The notes under the pieces are model-generated. The model worked only from the letters and a program-made list of their open reading frames with translations, did not search any database and was not told where the DNA came from. The position numbers and the translations under genes are program-made. A DNA stretch of 64,000 nucleotides from Verrucomicrobiota bacterium. GTDB lineage: Bacteria > Verrucomicrobiota > Lentisphaeria > Lentisphaerales > Lentisphaeraceae. Shown one piece after another: positions 20,726-30,011 of this stretch; positions within the stretch are counted from its first letter, which is position 1; each line of letters begins with the position of its first letter. The stretch covers positions 32,001-96,000 of the forward strand of contig JBDKFG010000006.1 of assembly GCA_039798785.1 (NCBI GenBank). The letters run 5' to 3'.

Positions 20726-20752
20726 AATGCGCCAGGTGCCGGGGATTTGACA
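20726..20752 (-). promoter_or_regulatory. Shared motif TGTCAAAT-N14-GCATT, copy upstream of 20679
   Basis: + strand reads AATGC(20726-30)-N14-ATTTGACA(20745-52). Confidence 0.8.
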
Positions 20753-20837
20753 GCTGCGGCGGCATTTTCCCGAGGCGGACGCCAAAAAGCCGGACAGGGA
20801 TAATTTAGAGCGCAGGGCAACCGATGGATGGCTCCTC

Positions 20838-21431
20838 ATGAACGGCAACGAAGATCCCCACCGCACGCGCAAGAGTTTGCTGACCAGGCTTGGAGCAAGC
20901 CGTGACGACCTTGCCTGGGAAGTCTTCCTGGAATACTACCAGAAATTCATCACCGTACTTCTGAGGCGGCGCGGCGTTCCCGACGACGACATTCCCGACA
21001 TCCGCCAGGAGGTCTGCCTGATCTGCTGGCAGGTCTTCCGCGAGGGCAAGTTCGATCCGTCGATCGGTCGCTTCCGGGGCTGGCTGGCCAGGGTCACCAT
21101 GAATGCCGCGAACCTGCAATTCCGCCGCAATCAACGAGACATCAGGAACGACGATGCGCTGCGGGCTCTGGCCGAGCTTGAGCTGGACGAGCCGGTGCCG
21201 GACTGGGTGAACGAGGAATGGAAGACGCATGTGATGCGACTCGCCTGGCAAGAAGCGCAGATGCATTTCTCCGACGGGGTGATGCGCATCTACAAGCGCA
21301 CCCTCGACGGCGAGGATCTGGCGGAGATCGCCCGTTCGGAGGGAGTCGCTATCAACACCGTGTATGTCTATCGCAAGCGTGTCGAGGAGGCTCTCGGCGG
21401 CTACATCAAGCAGCTTGAGGCCTATCTGTAG
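20838..21431 (+). CDS. ECF sigma-70 factor (kinase-associated type)
   Basis: N-terminal TRKSLLTRL, AWEVF, DIRQEV, GRFRGWL, region 4 EIAR...INTVYVYRKRV. Confidence 0.88.
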   Translation: MNGNEDPHRTRKSLLTRLGASRDDLAWEVFLEYYQKFITVLLRRRGVPDDDIPDIRQEVCLICWQVFREGKFDPSIGRFRGWLARVTMNAANLQFRRNQRDIRNDDALRALAELELDEPVPDWVNEEWKTHVMRLAWQEAQMHFSDGVMRIYKRTLDGEDLAEIARSEGVAINTVYVYRKRVEEALGGYIKQLEAYL

Positions 21432-23458
21432 ACCTCGACCTCGTAGATGTGGACCGAGTCGTTGTCGGAGTTGCTGAGCATTTCGACATGGACATACCTG
21501 GACAGGGTGCCGGCCGGCATCTTGAAGGAGAAGGCCTGGCCGGGCGAGCCCGGTTCGGTCCCGAGTTTCTGCGCAAGGAGAATTCTCGGCCCGGAGGGCT
21601 CGTCGCCCCCCCAGATCCTGAAGGTGTAATGGCGCGGCCCCGGCGGCAGCCAGAGATCAATCCGGCCGAGGGCCTGGCGCGTCTCGAGGTCGATACTGAG
21701 GGTGCGCGGCCAGTCCGCGGCGGCCCAGTAATCATCAGGACCCTTCAGACCGTTGACGGCGAGTTCGGGAGCCCTTTCGTTATAGCCGTCGGACCAGGCG
21801 AGGCAGCCCAGGGCGAGGTTGGGCGGCAGGCATTCCTGCCAGCGCCGCGCCAGCTCCTCCCTGCCCTTGGCCAGGGCGATCTGCCGTCCGAGGCGGCACT
21901 GCTTGCGGAGCCCGGCCGTGACTTGGCCTGAGCCAACGGCGGCGAAGCACTGGCGCCAGATCTCCTTCTCGATCTTGCCGTCAAGCGGATTGTCGCGCAG
22001 GAAGAGAAGCCGGGGGGAGACGGCTTCGGGGTTCATCTCGGCCATCTTGGCGAGGATCGCCTGGGCGGCGGGTTCAGGCGGACGGGAGGCGAGGGCCGCG
22101 AAGCAGGCCTGGAGACTGAAGGCATCGGCCCGCCAGGCGAGCTTCATCAGGGTGTCGTGCAGGACCTCCGGTTCGCCGGGGGCGGCCAGCAGCTTGGCCA
22201 GCTGCAGATCGCGGCTGGAGCCGAGCCGGCGCAACGTGGCGGCATCGGCGGGGGTGCCCGTGCCGAGGCGCAGGGCGACCCTGGCCTTCCACAGGGGCCA
22301 AGCGGGAATCGCTGCCGAGACCGGCTCGAGCAGGCGGAGGTAGTCGCCGGCCTGCAGCATGTCGCCTTCCGCGTAGGATGCTTCCAGAGCCTTCAGGATG
22401 ATGCCGTGGTTCTGCTGCAACAAGGCGAAGCGGCGCTCCTTCTCCTGCTTCTCCGCAGTGAGCGCAGCGGCGAGCGCCTCCTGCTTGCTCCTCAGGCTGT
22501 TCAGGTAGGCCAGGCTCAGGATGGCGGTGCCGAGGACGGCCGCGGCGCTGCGCAACACCAGCCCCCGATGCCGCCGCAGAAGAAGGAGCCCCTGCCGCAG
22601 GAGCCCGGCATGTTCCACCTCGGGCGCGAAGCCGGCAGCCCAGGCGCGCCAGTCGGCGAGCAGCGAACTGGCGTCTCCCCGCCCCTCGAGATCGAGGCAG
22701 CCGGAGATCATGGCGCGTAAACCCTGCTCCAGCGCCGCCAGGCGCCTGTCCGGCGGCAGGTGGGGATCCCCGAGCATCTCGAGGAGGATGTGGCCGATGG
22801 CGAACATGTCGGCTCGTTCCGGCCGGTAGCCGGGTGACATCTGGTATTCGGGCGGAGGCATGTAGCCGGGTGTGCCCCGGATGAGGCCGCGCAGGGCCGG
22901 CGTGCTGTCGGTGGAGGCCAGCTCCCAGTCGGTCACCTTCAGCCGGCCGCTGTCGTCGATGAGCAGGTTCTCGGGCTTCAGGTCGATGTGGTGGATGCCG
23001 AGCGAATGGGCGAAGGCCATGACTTCGAGAAGTTCACCCGCCAGGGCGAGTGCCTGATCCTGGGCGAGGCCTGAGCGCAAGCTGTCGCGCAAGCTTCGGC
23101 CCTGAAGGAATTCCGCGACGTAGAAGAGCCGCCCGTCCGCCGTCCTTCCGGCGTCGTAGAGGCTGGCGACGCCATCATGACGGAGCCTGGCGTAGAGCTG
23201 GACTTCATGAAGGAAGCGGAGCTCGTCCTCCTGGCGGACTTCGCGGCAGATGAGCAGGGCCGCCGGCCGCCGGCACAGCAGGTCCTCAGCCTCCCAGCAT
23301 TGCTTCAGCGAGCCCTCACCGGCGAGGCGCCGCCTGAAGTAGCGATCCTCGAGATCGGAACGGCGAGGCCATTCGTCCTCCGAGGCGAGAATCCGTCCCT
23401 CCGTCAGCCTGGCCCGGAGACGGTTCATGAACTCCGTGTCGTCATCGTGATGTGTCAT
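21422..23458 (-). CDS. Hanks-type Ser/Thr kinase-like protein with TM segment and C-terminal F5/8 type C (discoidin/CBM32) domain
   Basis: RFLHE, HIDLKPEN, VTDWE, GTPGYMPP, DMFAIG; TM segment; C-terminal NLAL...AVNG...YW...SIDL...RYVHV...IYEVEVY. Start placed at MTHHDD. Confidence 0.85.
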   Translation of the reverse strand: MTHHDDDTEFMNRLRARLTEGRILASEDEWPRRSDLEDRYFRRRLAGEGSLKQCWEAEDLLCRRPAALLICREVRQEDELRFLHEVQLYARLRHDGVASLYDAGRTADGRLFYVAEFLQGRSLRDSLRSGLAQDQALALAGELLEVMAFAHSLGIHHIDLKPENLLIDDSGRLKVTDWELASTDSTPALRGLIRGTPGYMPPPEYQMSPGYRPERADMFAIGHILLEMLGDPHLPPDRRLAALEQGLRAMISGCLDLEGRGDASSLLADWRAWAAGFAPEVEHAGLLRQGLLLLRRHRGLVLRSAAAVLGTAILSLAYLNSLRSKQEALAAALTAEKQEKERRFALLQQNHGIILKALEASYAEGDMLQAGDYLRLLEPVSAAIPAWPLWKARVALRLGTGTPADAATLRRLGSSRDLQLAKLLAAPGEPEVLHDTLMKLAWRADAFSLQACFAALASRPPEPAAQAILAKMAEMNPEAVSPRLLFLRDNPLDGKIEKEIWRQCFAAVGSGQVTAGLRKQCRLGRQIALAKGREELARRWQECLPPNLALGCLAWSDGYNERAPELAVNGLKGPDDYWAAADWPRTLSIDLETRQALGRIDLWLPPGPRHYTFRIWGGDEPSGPRILLAQKLGTEPGSPGQAFSFKMPAGTLSRYVHVEMLSNSDNDSVHIYEVEVYR

Positions 23459-23486
23459 CGGGGAGCCCTCGCCGTCAGCCGGTTGT

Positions 23487-23665
23487 ACTGGAAACCGCAA
23501 CAGACGAATGGAGCCGGGTTGAAAGGTTGAAACGCAAGCCGACAAACAACATCGATAAGCAGCGAATCCAAAGACATCTCCGGGGTCTGGCGAAGATGAC
23601 TGGCCTTCGTGATTCCTGTAGCTAAACCTTTCAACCTTCGAACCTTATCAACTGCGGTTTTCACA
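23487..23665. mobile_element. Degenerate copy of the MITE-like element at 33591-33807
   Basis: Shares AAACCGC and CAACTGCGGTTTT ends and internal CCGGGTTGAAAGGTTGAAA and AACCTTTCAACC. Confidence 0.65.
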
Positions 23666-23701
23666 ACTATACACCTGCAGGCGGCGAACGCTGAGGGCGT
23701 C

Positions 23702-25642
23702 TCAGGGCTTGAGGTCGCGCCGGTAGAGGAAGATCTCGCCATGCGAGTCGCTTCCGTCGACGCCGGCCAACTCGACGACGGCGTGGCAACGGCTGCCGGG
23801 ACGCGGCGGCAACTCGAATGCATAGTGGTTGCGGATATTGACGGCGCCGGTCTGGGCTTCACGGGCATCGGAGAAAACCTCCCGGCCGTCGACCAGCACC
23901 GCGACCCGGCGGATCTGGGCCGCATTTTGTCCACGCAGGAAAAAAGGGCTGAGGATGAAGCGGCCTCCCCGAGCGCAGGCCTCGGCGAGGTCGATGTGGA
24001 CCGGGCGGGCGATGGAATCGGGATCCCAGGCGCCGACGGACTTGCCACCGATGCGCGGGTCGCGATCGAAATCGATGCCGGCCTCGTCGAGGATGGAGTG
24101 GTGCACCGCCAGGCGTCGCTTGAAATCCGAGATTTCCAGGGCCTCCTTGCGGCTCCAGCCCAGCTCGGCCAGGGCCAGCGCCTTAGGGTAAAGCCGGAAG
24201 TCGAACTTGTCGGGCGGGCAGTCCCAGTTGTTGACCTGCACGCCGGCGATCCTGGCGGCCGCGGCGGCCTCGAGGCCCTTGGGCACGGGGTCGAATCCGT
24301 AGATGCCTTCGACGCTGGAAGGAAGATCGAGATAGAAGTTGTTGAAGGGGCAGACGACGACCGGGTGGCCTTGCCTGGCGGCTGCCGCCGCGGGGCATTC
24401 GGCGACGTCGGCGTTGACGAAGAAGTCGCGGCCACGCTGGAAGTGCCACTGGAAGACTAAGGCGCCGGCGGGATAGTCGCCCTGCCAGGAGAGCTCGTCC
24501 CACAGGCATGGGACGCGCCCCAGGCGGGTGACATGCGCCGCGACGCGCCGCATAAGGTCGCGATAGAGCAGGTATTTCTCCGGCGTGCCGATCGAACCGG
24601 CGTAGAGCCGGTCGAGTTCGGGGCGGCGCTCTCCGGCGAGGGCGGCGGCGCGGCGCTGGCACGAGGGGCAGGATTTCCAGTTGACGCCGAGATATTCGTC
24701 GCCGCCGATGTGGACGGGCGAGCCGGGAAACTGCCCGGCGACATCGGCGAGGATGCCCTTGAGGATGTCTAAGGATTCAGGACGGCTGGCGCAGATCTCG
24801 TCGTCCTGGTTTTCCACCGGGCAGCGCAGCTGCGGGATCACGCCGGTGAGGATGGAGCAATGCTGCGGCATGTCGATCTCGGGGATGAGCTGGACGTTTC
24901 GCGCCGATGCGTAGCTGACTAGCTCGCGGATCTCGTCGCGGGTGTAGAAGCCGGCGCCGCGGGTTGGGTCGAAGGAGGGCCACTTCTTAGCATCGGTGAG
25001 ATCGGGGTGCTTGGCGATCGATATCCGCCAGCCCGAATTGTCGGTGAGGTGGAGATGGATCTTGTTGATCTTGTAGTAGGACAATCGGTCGACAGCCGAC
25101 TTGAGGCGCTCGGCGGTGATGAAGTAACGGGCGGGGTCGAGCATGACGCCGCGGTAGAGGAAGCGCGGCGAGTCGTCGATCCTGAGGCAGGGCAGGAGCC
25201 TGCCGGAGTCTTTGGCAGGCGCCTGGTCGAGCAGTTGACGCAGGGTGTGGACGGCATTGATCAGGCCGGCCTTGGCCGGGGCTCTGGCGACGATCTCCCG
25301 CGGCTGGATGTCGAGGGTGTATGTCTCGGGCCTGGCGCCGCTCCTGACGGGAGCCAGTTCGAGCCGGATGGCGGCCGCGGCGGGATTCAGCCGAGCGGCG
25401 GCGGGGCAGCGCCGCGCCAGCTCCACGGCAAAGAAGCTACGCAGCCCTTCCTCCGCGCGGATGACGGAGGCAGGAGAGACGAAGCACTCCCCCGGCACGG
25501 CCTTGATCTCCGACGGAGCCGGAATGAGGCAGGGAAGCTCGCCGGCCGGGAGGGCGCTCGCGAGGCAGATCGAGAAAAGGGTTTTAATGATCAATGAGAA
25601 ATGCATGGGTGCCATCCCTTTGTTGGAAAAACCAAGGATCAT
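23702..25642 (-). CDS. Beta-N-acetylhexosaminidase, GH20
   Basis: DSPRFLYRGVMLDPARYF, HLHLTD, GFYT, IPEIDMPQH, catalytic HIGGDE. The true start may be 25615 or 25606. Confidence 0.92.
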   Translation of the reverse strand: MILGFSNKGMAPMHFSLIIKTLFSICLASALPAGELPCLIPAPSEIKAVPGECFVSPASVIRAEEGLRSFFAVELARRCPAAARLNPAAAAIRLELAPVRSGARPETYTLDIQPREIVARAPAKAGLINAVHTLRQLLDQAPAKDSGRLLPCLRIDDSPRFLYRGVMLDPARYFITAERLKSAVDRLSYYKINKIHLHLTDNSGWRISIAKHPDLTDAKKWPSFDPTRGAGFYTRDEIRELVSYASARNVQLIPEIDMPQHCSILTGVIPQLRCPVENQDDEICASRPESLDILKGILADVAGQFPGSPVHIGGDEYLGVNWKSCPSCQRRAAALAGERRPELDRLYAGSIGTPEKYLLYRDLMRRVAAHVTRLGRVPCLWDELSWQGDYPAGALVFQWHFQRGRDFFVNADVAECPAAAAARQGHPVVVCPFNNFYLDLPSSVEGIYGFDPVPKGLEAAAAARIAGVQVNNWDCPPDKFDFRLYPKALALAELGWSRKEALEISDFKRRLAVHHSILDEAGIDFDRDPRIGGKSVGAWDPDSIARPVHIDLAEACARGGRFILSPFFLRGQNAAQIRRVAVLVDGREVFSDAREAQTGAVNIRNHYAFELPPRPGSRCHAVVELAGVDGSDSHGEIFLYRRDLKP

Positions 25643-27441
25643 TTGCTGCCGCCGGCGAAGTGTTCTTCGATCTCCTCAAGGGTACGTCCCTTGGTTTCGG
25701 GAAGAAGGATGAGGGCTGCGAGGAAGTAGACCACGGTGAAGCCGGCGAAGACGAAGAACATCGAGCTGTAGCCGTGAGCTCCGACACTGGGGAGGAAGAC
25801 GGCGGCGATGAAGGTCGACACGACGGTGTTAAAAAGGAGCGCCACGGACATGCCATTTGAGCGGATGCGTCCGGGCATCAGCTCGGAGAGGGCGAGCCAG
25901 ACGCAGATGCCGGGGCCGACGGCGAAGAAGGCCATGAAGGCATAGAGGCAGAGGGCGACGGCCCAGCCGTGGCTCTGCGGCGGTACGGGCGTGACCAAGG
26001 CGTGCTCAATGCGCAAGGGCGCCTGCCTGGCCTGCTCAAGGTCGAGTGATGGATTACGGAAAAATGCCTCGACCGAGTTCACCGGCAGGGCGGCGTTGCG
26101 CGAGATATCGACCAGCTTGTCTTCCCGGGCGTCGGAGCGGACGGCGGTAGTGGCTCCGGAGAAACCGCCGACGGAGTAGATGACTGTGAGAGTGCAGGGG
26201 CTCCCGGCCAGAGTCTCGGCGGCCTCGCCCCTGCCGGAGACAAGGCGGGCAAGCGAATCCCGGTCGAAGTGGAAGCGGAGCCGCTCGTCGCTCCGCAGGC
26301 CCTTGACGTCGCTGACCGGGGCGACCAGCTCCTCCAGGGATTCCCGGCAGTCGACCTGCCGTTTTTCCGAGTGCTGAAAGAGGATTCCGACGGCGGCGAG
26401 TGAGACGACGATACCACCGCTCCCGAGGCAGAGGAGGAATTTCCGTCCCTTGCGGTCGACGAGGACAACGGCGAGCATGGTGAAGAGGAAGTTGACGACG
26501 GTGAAGAAGACGCTGGCAAGGTGGGCTCCCTTGTCGTCGAGGCCAGCCTGGAGGAGGATCGTGGTGTTGAAGCCGATGATCGAGTTGATGCCGGTGGCCT
26601 GGTTGCAGGCGAGGATGAGGCAGGCGAGGAGGAAGGGAAGGACATATCGGCGTCTGAAGATCGATCCGGCTTCGGTTCCCGGGGCGGAGTCACGCGCCGC
26701 GACCGCCTGCAGCTCCCGCATCTCGAGCTCGGCTTCATTGGCCTCGCGGAAGCGGACGAGCGAGGCTCGAGCCTGTTCATGGCGTCCTTTGCGGAACAGC
26801 CACCGGGCCGATTCGGGCAGGAAAAAGGCGCCGGCGATGAAGACCAGACCAGGTACGAGGGAGATCCAGAAGACGCTGCGCCAAGCGAAGTCCTTGGCTT
26901 CGGCCAGCTGCGCCGCAACCTCGATGCCGTCGAGATGCCGGCTGAAAGCGAGTGCCATCAAGGCCGAAGCCAAAAGGCCGGCGACCAGCATCCACTGGAA
27001 GATGCCAGTCCCCGTGCCGCGTTGACCGGCGACCAGGGTCTCGGCAAGATACAGCGGGATCACCACGCCGATGAATCCGGCGCTGACTCCCTGCAGCAGC
27101 CGCCCGACGACCAGGGGACCGAAGCCATCCGCCATGGCGATCATCGGGATGCTGAGGACGAATAGGACGCCGCTGACGATCATCATCGGGCGCCGCCCGA
27201 TGATCTCGGTGCAGGCGCCGGCACAGAGCGTCGATATCACCGAGCCGAGCAGCACGGCGGCGACGATCACCGACAGCTGACCGGCGCTCAAGGGCAGGCC
27301 GGAGGCTGAATCCTTGAAGGTCGCCTCCATGTAGGGCAGTACGCCGGCGATGATGCCGACGTCGATGCCGTAGAGAAGACCTCCGAGACCGGCAACGAAA
27401 AGGAGGAGCTTGCGCTCGCGTTTCTTGGGCTGAGGATTCAT
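25639..27441 (-). CDS. MFS sugar porter
   Basis: GGLLYGIDVG, GRR, PLYLAE, PESARWL, NQATGINS, VDRKGRK, SELMP, PETKGRTLEEI. Confidence 0.93.
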   Translation of the reverse strand: MNPQPKKRERKLLLFVAGLGGLLYGIDVGIIAGVLPYMEATFKDSASGLPLSAGQLSVIVAAVLLGSVISTLCAGACTEIIGRRPMMIVSGVLFVLSIPMIAMADGFGPLVVGRLLQGVSAGFIGVVIPLYLAETLVAGQRGTGTGIFQWMLVAGLLASALMALAFSRHLDGIEVAAQLAEAKDFAWRSVFWISLVPGLVFIAGAFFLPESARWLFRKGRHEQARASLVRFREANEAELEMRELQAVAARDSAPGTEAGSIFRRRYVLPFLLACLILACNQATGINSIIGFNTTILLQAGLDDKGAHLASVFFTVVNFLFTMLAVVLVDRKGRKFLLCLGSGGIVVSLAAVGILFQHSEKRQVDCRESLEELVAPVSDVKGLRSDERLRFHFDRDSLARLVSGRGEAAETLAGSPCTLTVIYSVGGFSGATTAVRSDAREDKLVDISRNAALPVNSVEAFFRNPSLDLEQARQAPLRIEHALVTPVPPQSHGWAVALCLYAFMAFFAVGPGICVWLALSELMPGRIRSNGMSVALLFNTVVSTFIAAVFLPSVGAHGYSSMFFVFAGFTVVYFLAALILLPETKGRTLEEIEEHFAGGSK

Positions 27442-27533
27442 CGAGTCGACCTTCCTGGGGCTTGGGCAATCACTGGGATTCGGCTTGGTCGTCAAGGAGG
27501 TCCAGCCGCGGCTCCTTGACCGACATTCACTGC

Positions 27534-27560
27534 AATGCCTCCCGATGACTGAATTTGACA
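27534..27560 (-). promoter_or_regulatory. Shared motif TGTCAAAT-N14-GCATT, copy upstream of the MFS-GH20 unit
   Basis: + strand reads AATGC(27534-38)-N14-ATTTGACA(27553-60). Confidence 0.8.
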
Positions 27561-27595
27561 GCAAGAGCGAAGCTTTGGTAAAATTTAAAAATCCA

Positions 27596-27622
27596 TGTCA
27601 AATTCCGGCATTCAGACGCATT
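27596..27622 (+). promoter_or_regulatory. Shared motif TGTCAAAT-N14-GCATT, copy upstream of 27704
   Basis: TGTCAAAT(27596-603) TCCGGCATTCAGAC GCATT(27618-22). Confidence 0.8.
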
Positions 27623-27703
27623 TCCAGTATGGTAGGAAGGTTAAGCCAAATCTTGGGACGCCTTTCCTGGTCGTGAACGGAACGCCAAAACAAGGAATCC
27701 ATC

Positions 27704-28396
27704 ATGTCGACCGCGATTTCGATTCTCCTGATCGCCCTGCTAGTGCTGCTGGTGAAAAAAAGGCTTCAGACTCCGGCCCGGCGACTGGCTGCGGCGGTTT
27801 TCCTGCTGATCGGGGTCCTCGCTTCGCAGGTATACGAAAAATGGCAAGAGTCGCGCAGCGGGCGCGACGAACGGCTGATGAAGATCCAGGCGCTTCAATC
27901 CAAGCTGCCCTATGCAGTGTCATTGGCAGCTGAACTCAGCCGGAACAAAGTCGTCTTTGTCATCAGAAATCCGGTTTTTGATCCGCGCTCCAAAAGCGCC
28001 TCGAACGGCCAGGCCGGAACCTCCTTGAGCAAATTGCAGGTTCCCTTCCCGCCCGACATCAAACTCTTCGACATGGAACTCAAAGGGGGCGAATTCAGCC
28101 TGAGCGACTGCAAGCCGCTGGAGGCACATCCTGGCGCCGCAGTGGTTCTGGATTGCGCGGCCTCGGCAGATTCGGAGGCCATCGGACATCTGCTGGAATC
28201 AGGACGAGTCATCGTCGTTTCCCAGCAGCGTCTATATCCTTCGTTCAAGCCCTTGCTCGGCAAGGGCGTGAGCGCCGTCATCACCGACATCAAAAACCCG
28301 CCAACGGCCAGTCCTGCCATGGCCTCCCTGCGAGATCTTTTCCTCAGTCGCTACACCGTCGAAACGGCCAAGACAAACACCCGGGAGACACCATGA
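27704..28396 (+). CDS. Hypothetical membrane protein (two N-terminal TM segments plus alpha/beta domain)
   Basis: AAGGA RBS; coupled to the downstream pilin-like gene. Confidence 0.7.
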   Translation: MSTAISILLIALLVLLVKKRLQTPARRLAAAVFLLIGVLASQVYEKWQESRSGRDERLMKIQALQSKLPYAVSLAAELSRNKVVFVIRNPVFDPRSKSASNGQAGTSLSKLQVPFPPDIKLFDMELKGGEFSLSDCKPLEAHPGAAVVLDCAASADSEAIGHLLESGRVIVVSQQRLYPSFKPLLGKGVSAVITDIKNPPTASPAMASLRDLFLSRYTVETAKTNTRETP

Positions 28397-29142
28397 AAAC
28401 CATGGCAAAAAAGTTCACGCTGATCGAACTTCTGACGGTTGTCTGCGTGATCGCCATCCTGATGGCTCTGCTGTTGCCGGCCATCGGCAGAGCACGCAAG
28501 TCGGGCGGGCAAGCGACTTGCTTCAATAACTACCATCAAGTCAGCCTCAGCTTCCGGATGTACTCCGACGACAACCTCGGTTGGTGCGTGCCGGCATCCA
28601 CCTCAGATCCGCTTGACGGCGGACCCTGGGCGGCCATCTCCTGGGACGACCTTTTCAGCCGCTATGACGGCAGAATGCTGCCATTGTCTCAAATGCAGCT
28701 GTATGGCATTCCCACAAGCGACACCAACAAGGTGAACAAGATCTACAACTGCCCTCTGGACAGCACGGCACCGGGCAGCTTGAACCTGCGCAGCATGGCC
28801 ATCAATCTCGAAGTCAGCGGCATCTGGAGCGGCGGCAATTGGGGGCCGGGACCCTGTCGCATCGACGCGATCGCCTCTCCCTCCACAACCGTGTCTTTCG
28901 TAGAGCGCTATTACGAAGGCGACGGGACTCGCAATGCCCTCGGAAATTGGGCCGGAAGTTATTTTCATAACGGCGATGGCCCGATGAACCCGAATTGGAT
29001 CTTCGGCATTCAGACCTCCAATGACGACTTGAGCACACCGGTCAGCAATCACCCCAATCCGCAAAATCTCCCCTGGCTCCATGTCGACGGACATGTCGAG
29101 ATCCAAAGCCGGCTCTACAAGGTCTCGAACTATTCCCGTTGA
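28393..29142 (+). CDS. Prepilin-type N-terminal cleavage protein (DUF1559/H-X9-DG-like)
   Basis: KKFTLIELLTVVCVIAILMALLLPAIGRAR...CFNN; C-terminal H...VDGHV. Confidence 0.9.
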   Translation: MKTMAKKFTLIELLTVVCVIAILMALLLPAIGRARKSGGQATCFNNYHQVSLSFRMYSDDNLGWCVPASTSDPLDGGPWAAISWDDLFSRYDGRMLPLSQMQLYGIPTSDTNKVNKIYNCPLDSTAPGSLNLRSMAINLEVSGIWSGGNWGPGPCRIDAIASPSTTVSFVERYYEGDGTRNALGNWAGSYFHNGDGPMNPNWIFGIQTSNDDLSTPVSNHPNPQNLPWLHVDGHVEIQSRLYKVSNYSR

Positions 29143-29165
29143 CAGCTCCCTTCGCCAGATCCATC

Positions 29166-29191
29166 AGCCGCCGGACACCGGCGGCTTTTTT
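29166..29191 (+). terminator. Rho-independent terminator
   Basis: AGCCGCCGG-ACA-CCGGCGGCT followed by a T run. Confidence 0.85.
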
Positions 29192-29225
29192 GCGGCCGGT
29201 AAATTCGCGGTTTTCCTGATCTTGC

Positions 29226-29252
29226 TGTCAAATTCCGCTTCCCGCAGGCATT
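29226..29252 (+). promoter_or_regulatory. Shared motif TGTCAAAT-N14-GCATT, copy upstream of 29310
   Basis: TGTCAAAT(29226-33) TCCGCTTCCCGCAG GCATT(29248-52), immediately after a terminator. Confidence 0.8.
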
Positions 29253-29309
29253 GGACTAGATGGCAAGACGAATTCCCTGCCACGAAACCCCATCCTGAAG
29301 GAACAAGCC

Positions 29310-30011
29310 ATGAGCACCAAACGAATTTTCACCCTGGTCGAAATGATGGTCGTCGTCGCTCTCGTGCTGGTCCTGCTGTCCTTGCTCCTGCCGGCCTTGG
29401 CGCGCATCCGCAATCAAGCCGATATCGCTCTCTGTGGCAGCAATCTCAAGCAGCTCTACACCTACCACTGGCTCCACGCGAAGGATCATAAAGGCAACAT
29501 CGTGACCGTCCCGACCCATGTCGGCTACTGCGAGTTCGATAACTTCGGCCGGACGGGTTGGATTTCTCTCGGCATCATGGATCGCCGGTTGAACTACTAC
29601 ATCGACCCGAATCTGAACAGCTCCTCGCGCTTGGACATCGTCAACTGCCCCACGGATGCCAAGGAAGGCGGCGCCCTGATCACTAAGAAATACGGGACTT
29701 CCTACTACACCAACATCGGCTATCTCACCGGTGTTTTCGCCTCGCGGAATTACGACGTCATGGACAACCCGAATCCGACTGATTCGATCATGAAAGTCGG
29801 CAATCCGTCCCAGATGATGCTGGTGGGGGAGTTGGGCTTGTACTGGAGGGCAAAAGGGCGCGGCTGGATGAGCTTCGGCGGACACTGGGCCGAAAACAAC
29901 GAAGGCTCGTTTAATCTGGTCACTGTCGATGGCAGTCTGAAAACCCGCCAATATCTGGGATGGGGAGCGACCGCCAACAATCAGTTCGACCTGCAGAACC
30001 AGCAGCCATGA
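29310..30011 (+). CDS. Prepilin-type N-terminal cleavage protein (DUF1559/H-X9-DG-like)
   Basis: RIFTLVEMMVVVALVLVLLSLLLPALARIR...CGSNLKQL; CPTD; C-terminal H...NLVTVDGS. Confidence 0.88.
   Translation: MSTKRIFTLVEMMVVVALVLVLLSLLLPALARIRNQADIALCGSNLKQLYTYHWLHAKDHKGNIVTVPTHVGYCEFDNFGRTGWISLGIMDRRLNYYIDPNLNSSSRLDIVNCPTDAKEGGALITKKYGTSYYTNIGYLTGVFASRNYDVMDNPNPTDSIMKVGNPSQMMLVGELGLYWRAKGRGWMSFGGHWAENNEGSFNLVTVDGSLKTRQYLGWGATANNQFDLQNQQP

Noticed and set aside
23459..23545. N-terminal extension of the kinase ORF
   Set aside because: Runs into the degenerate MITE; the ATG at 23458 is more plausible.
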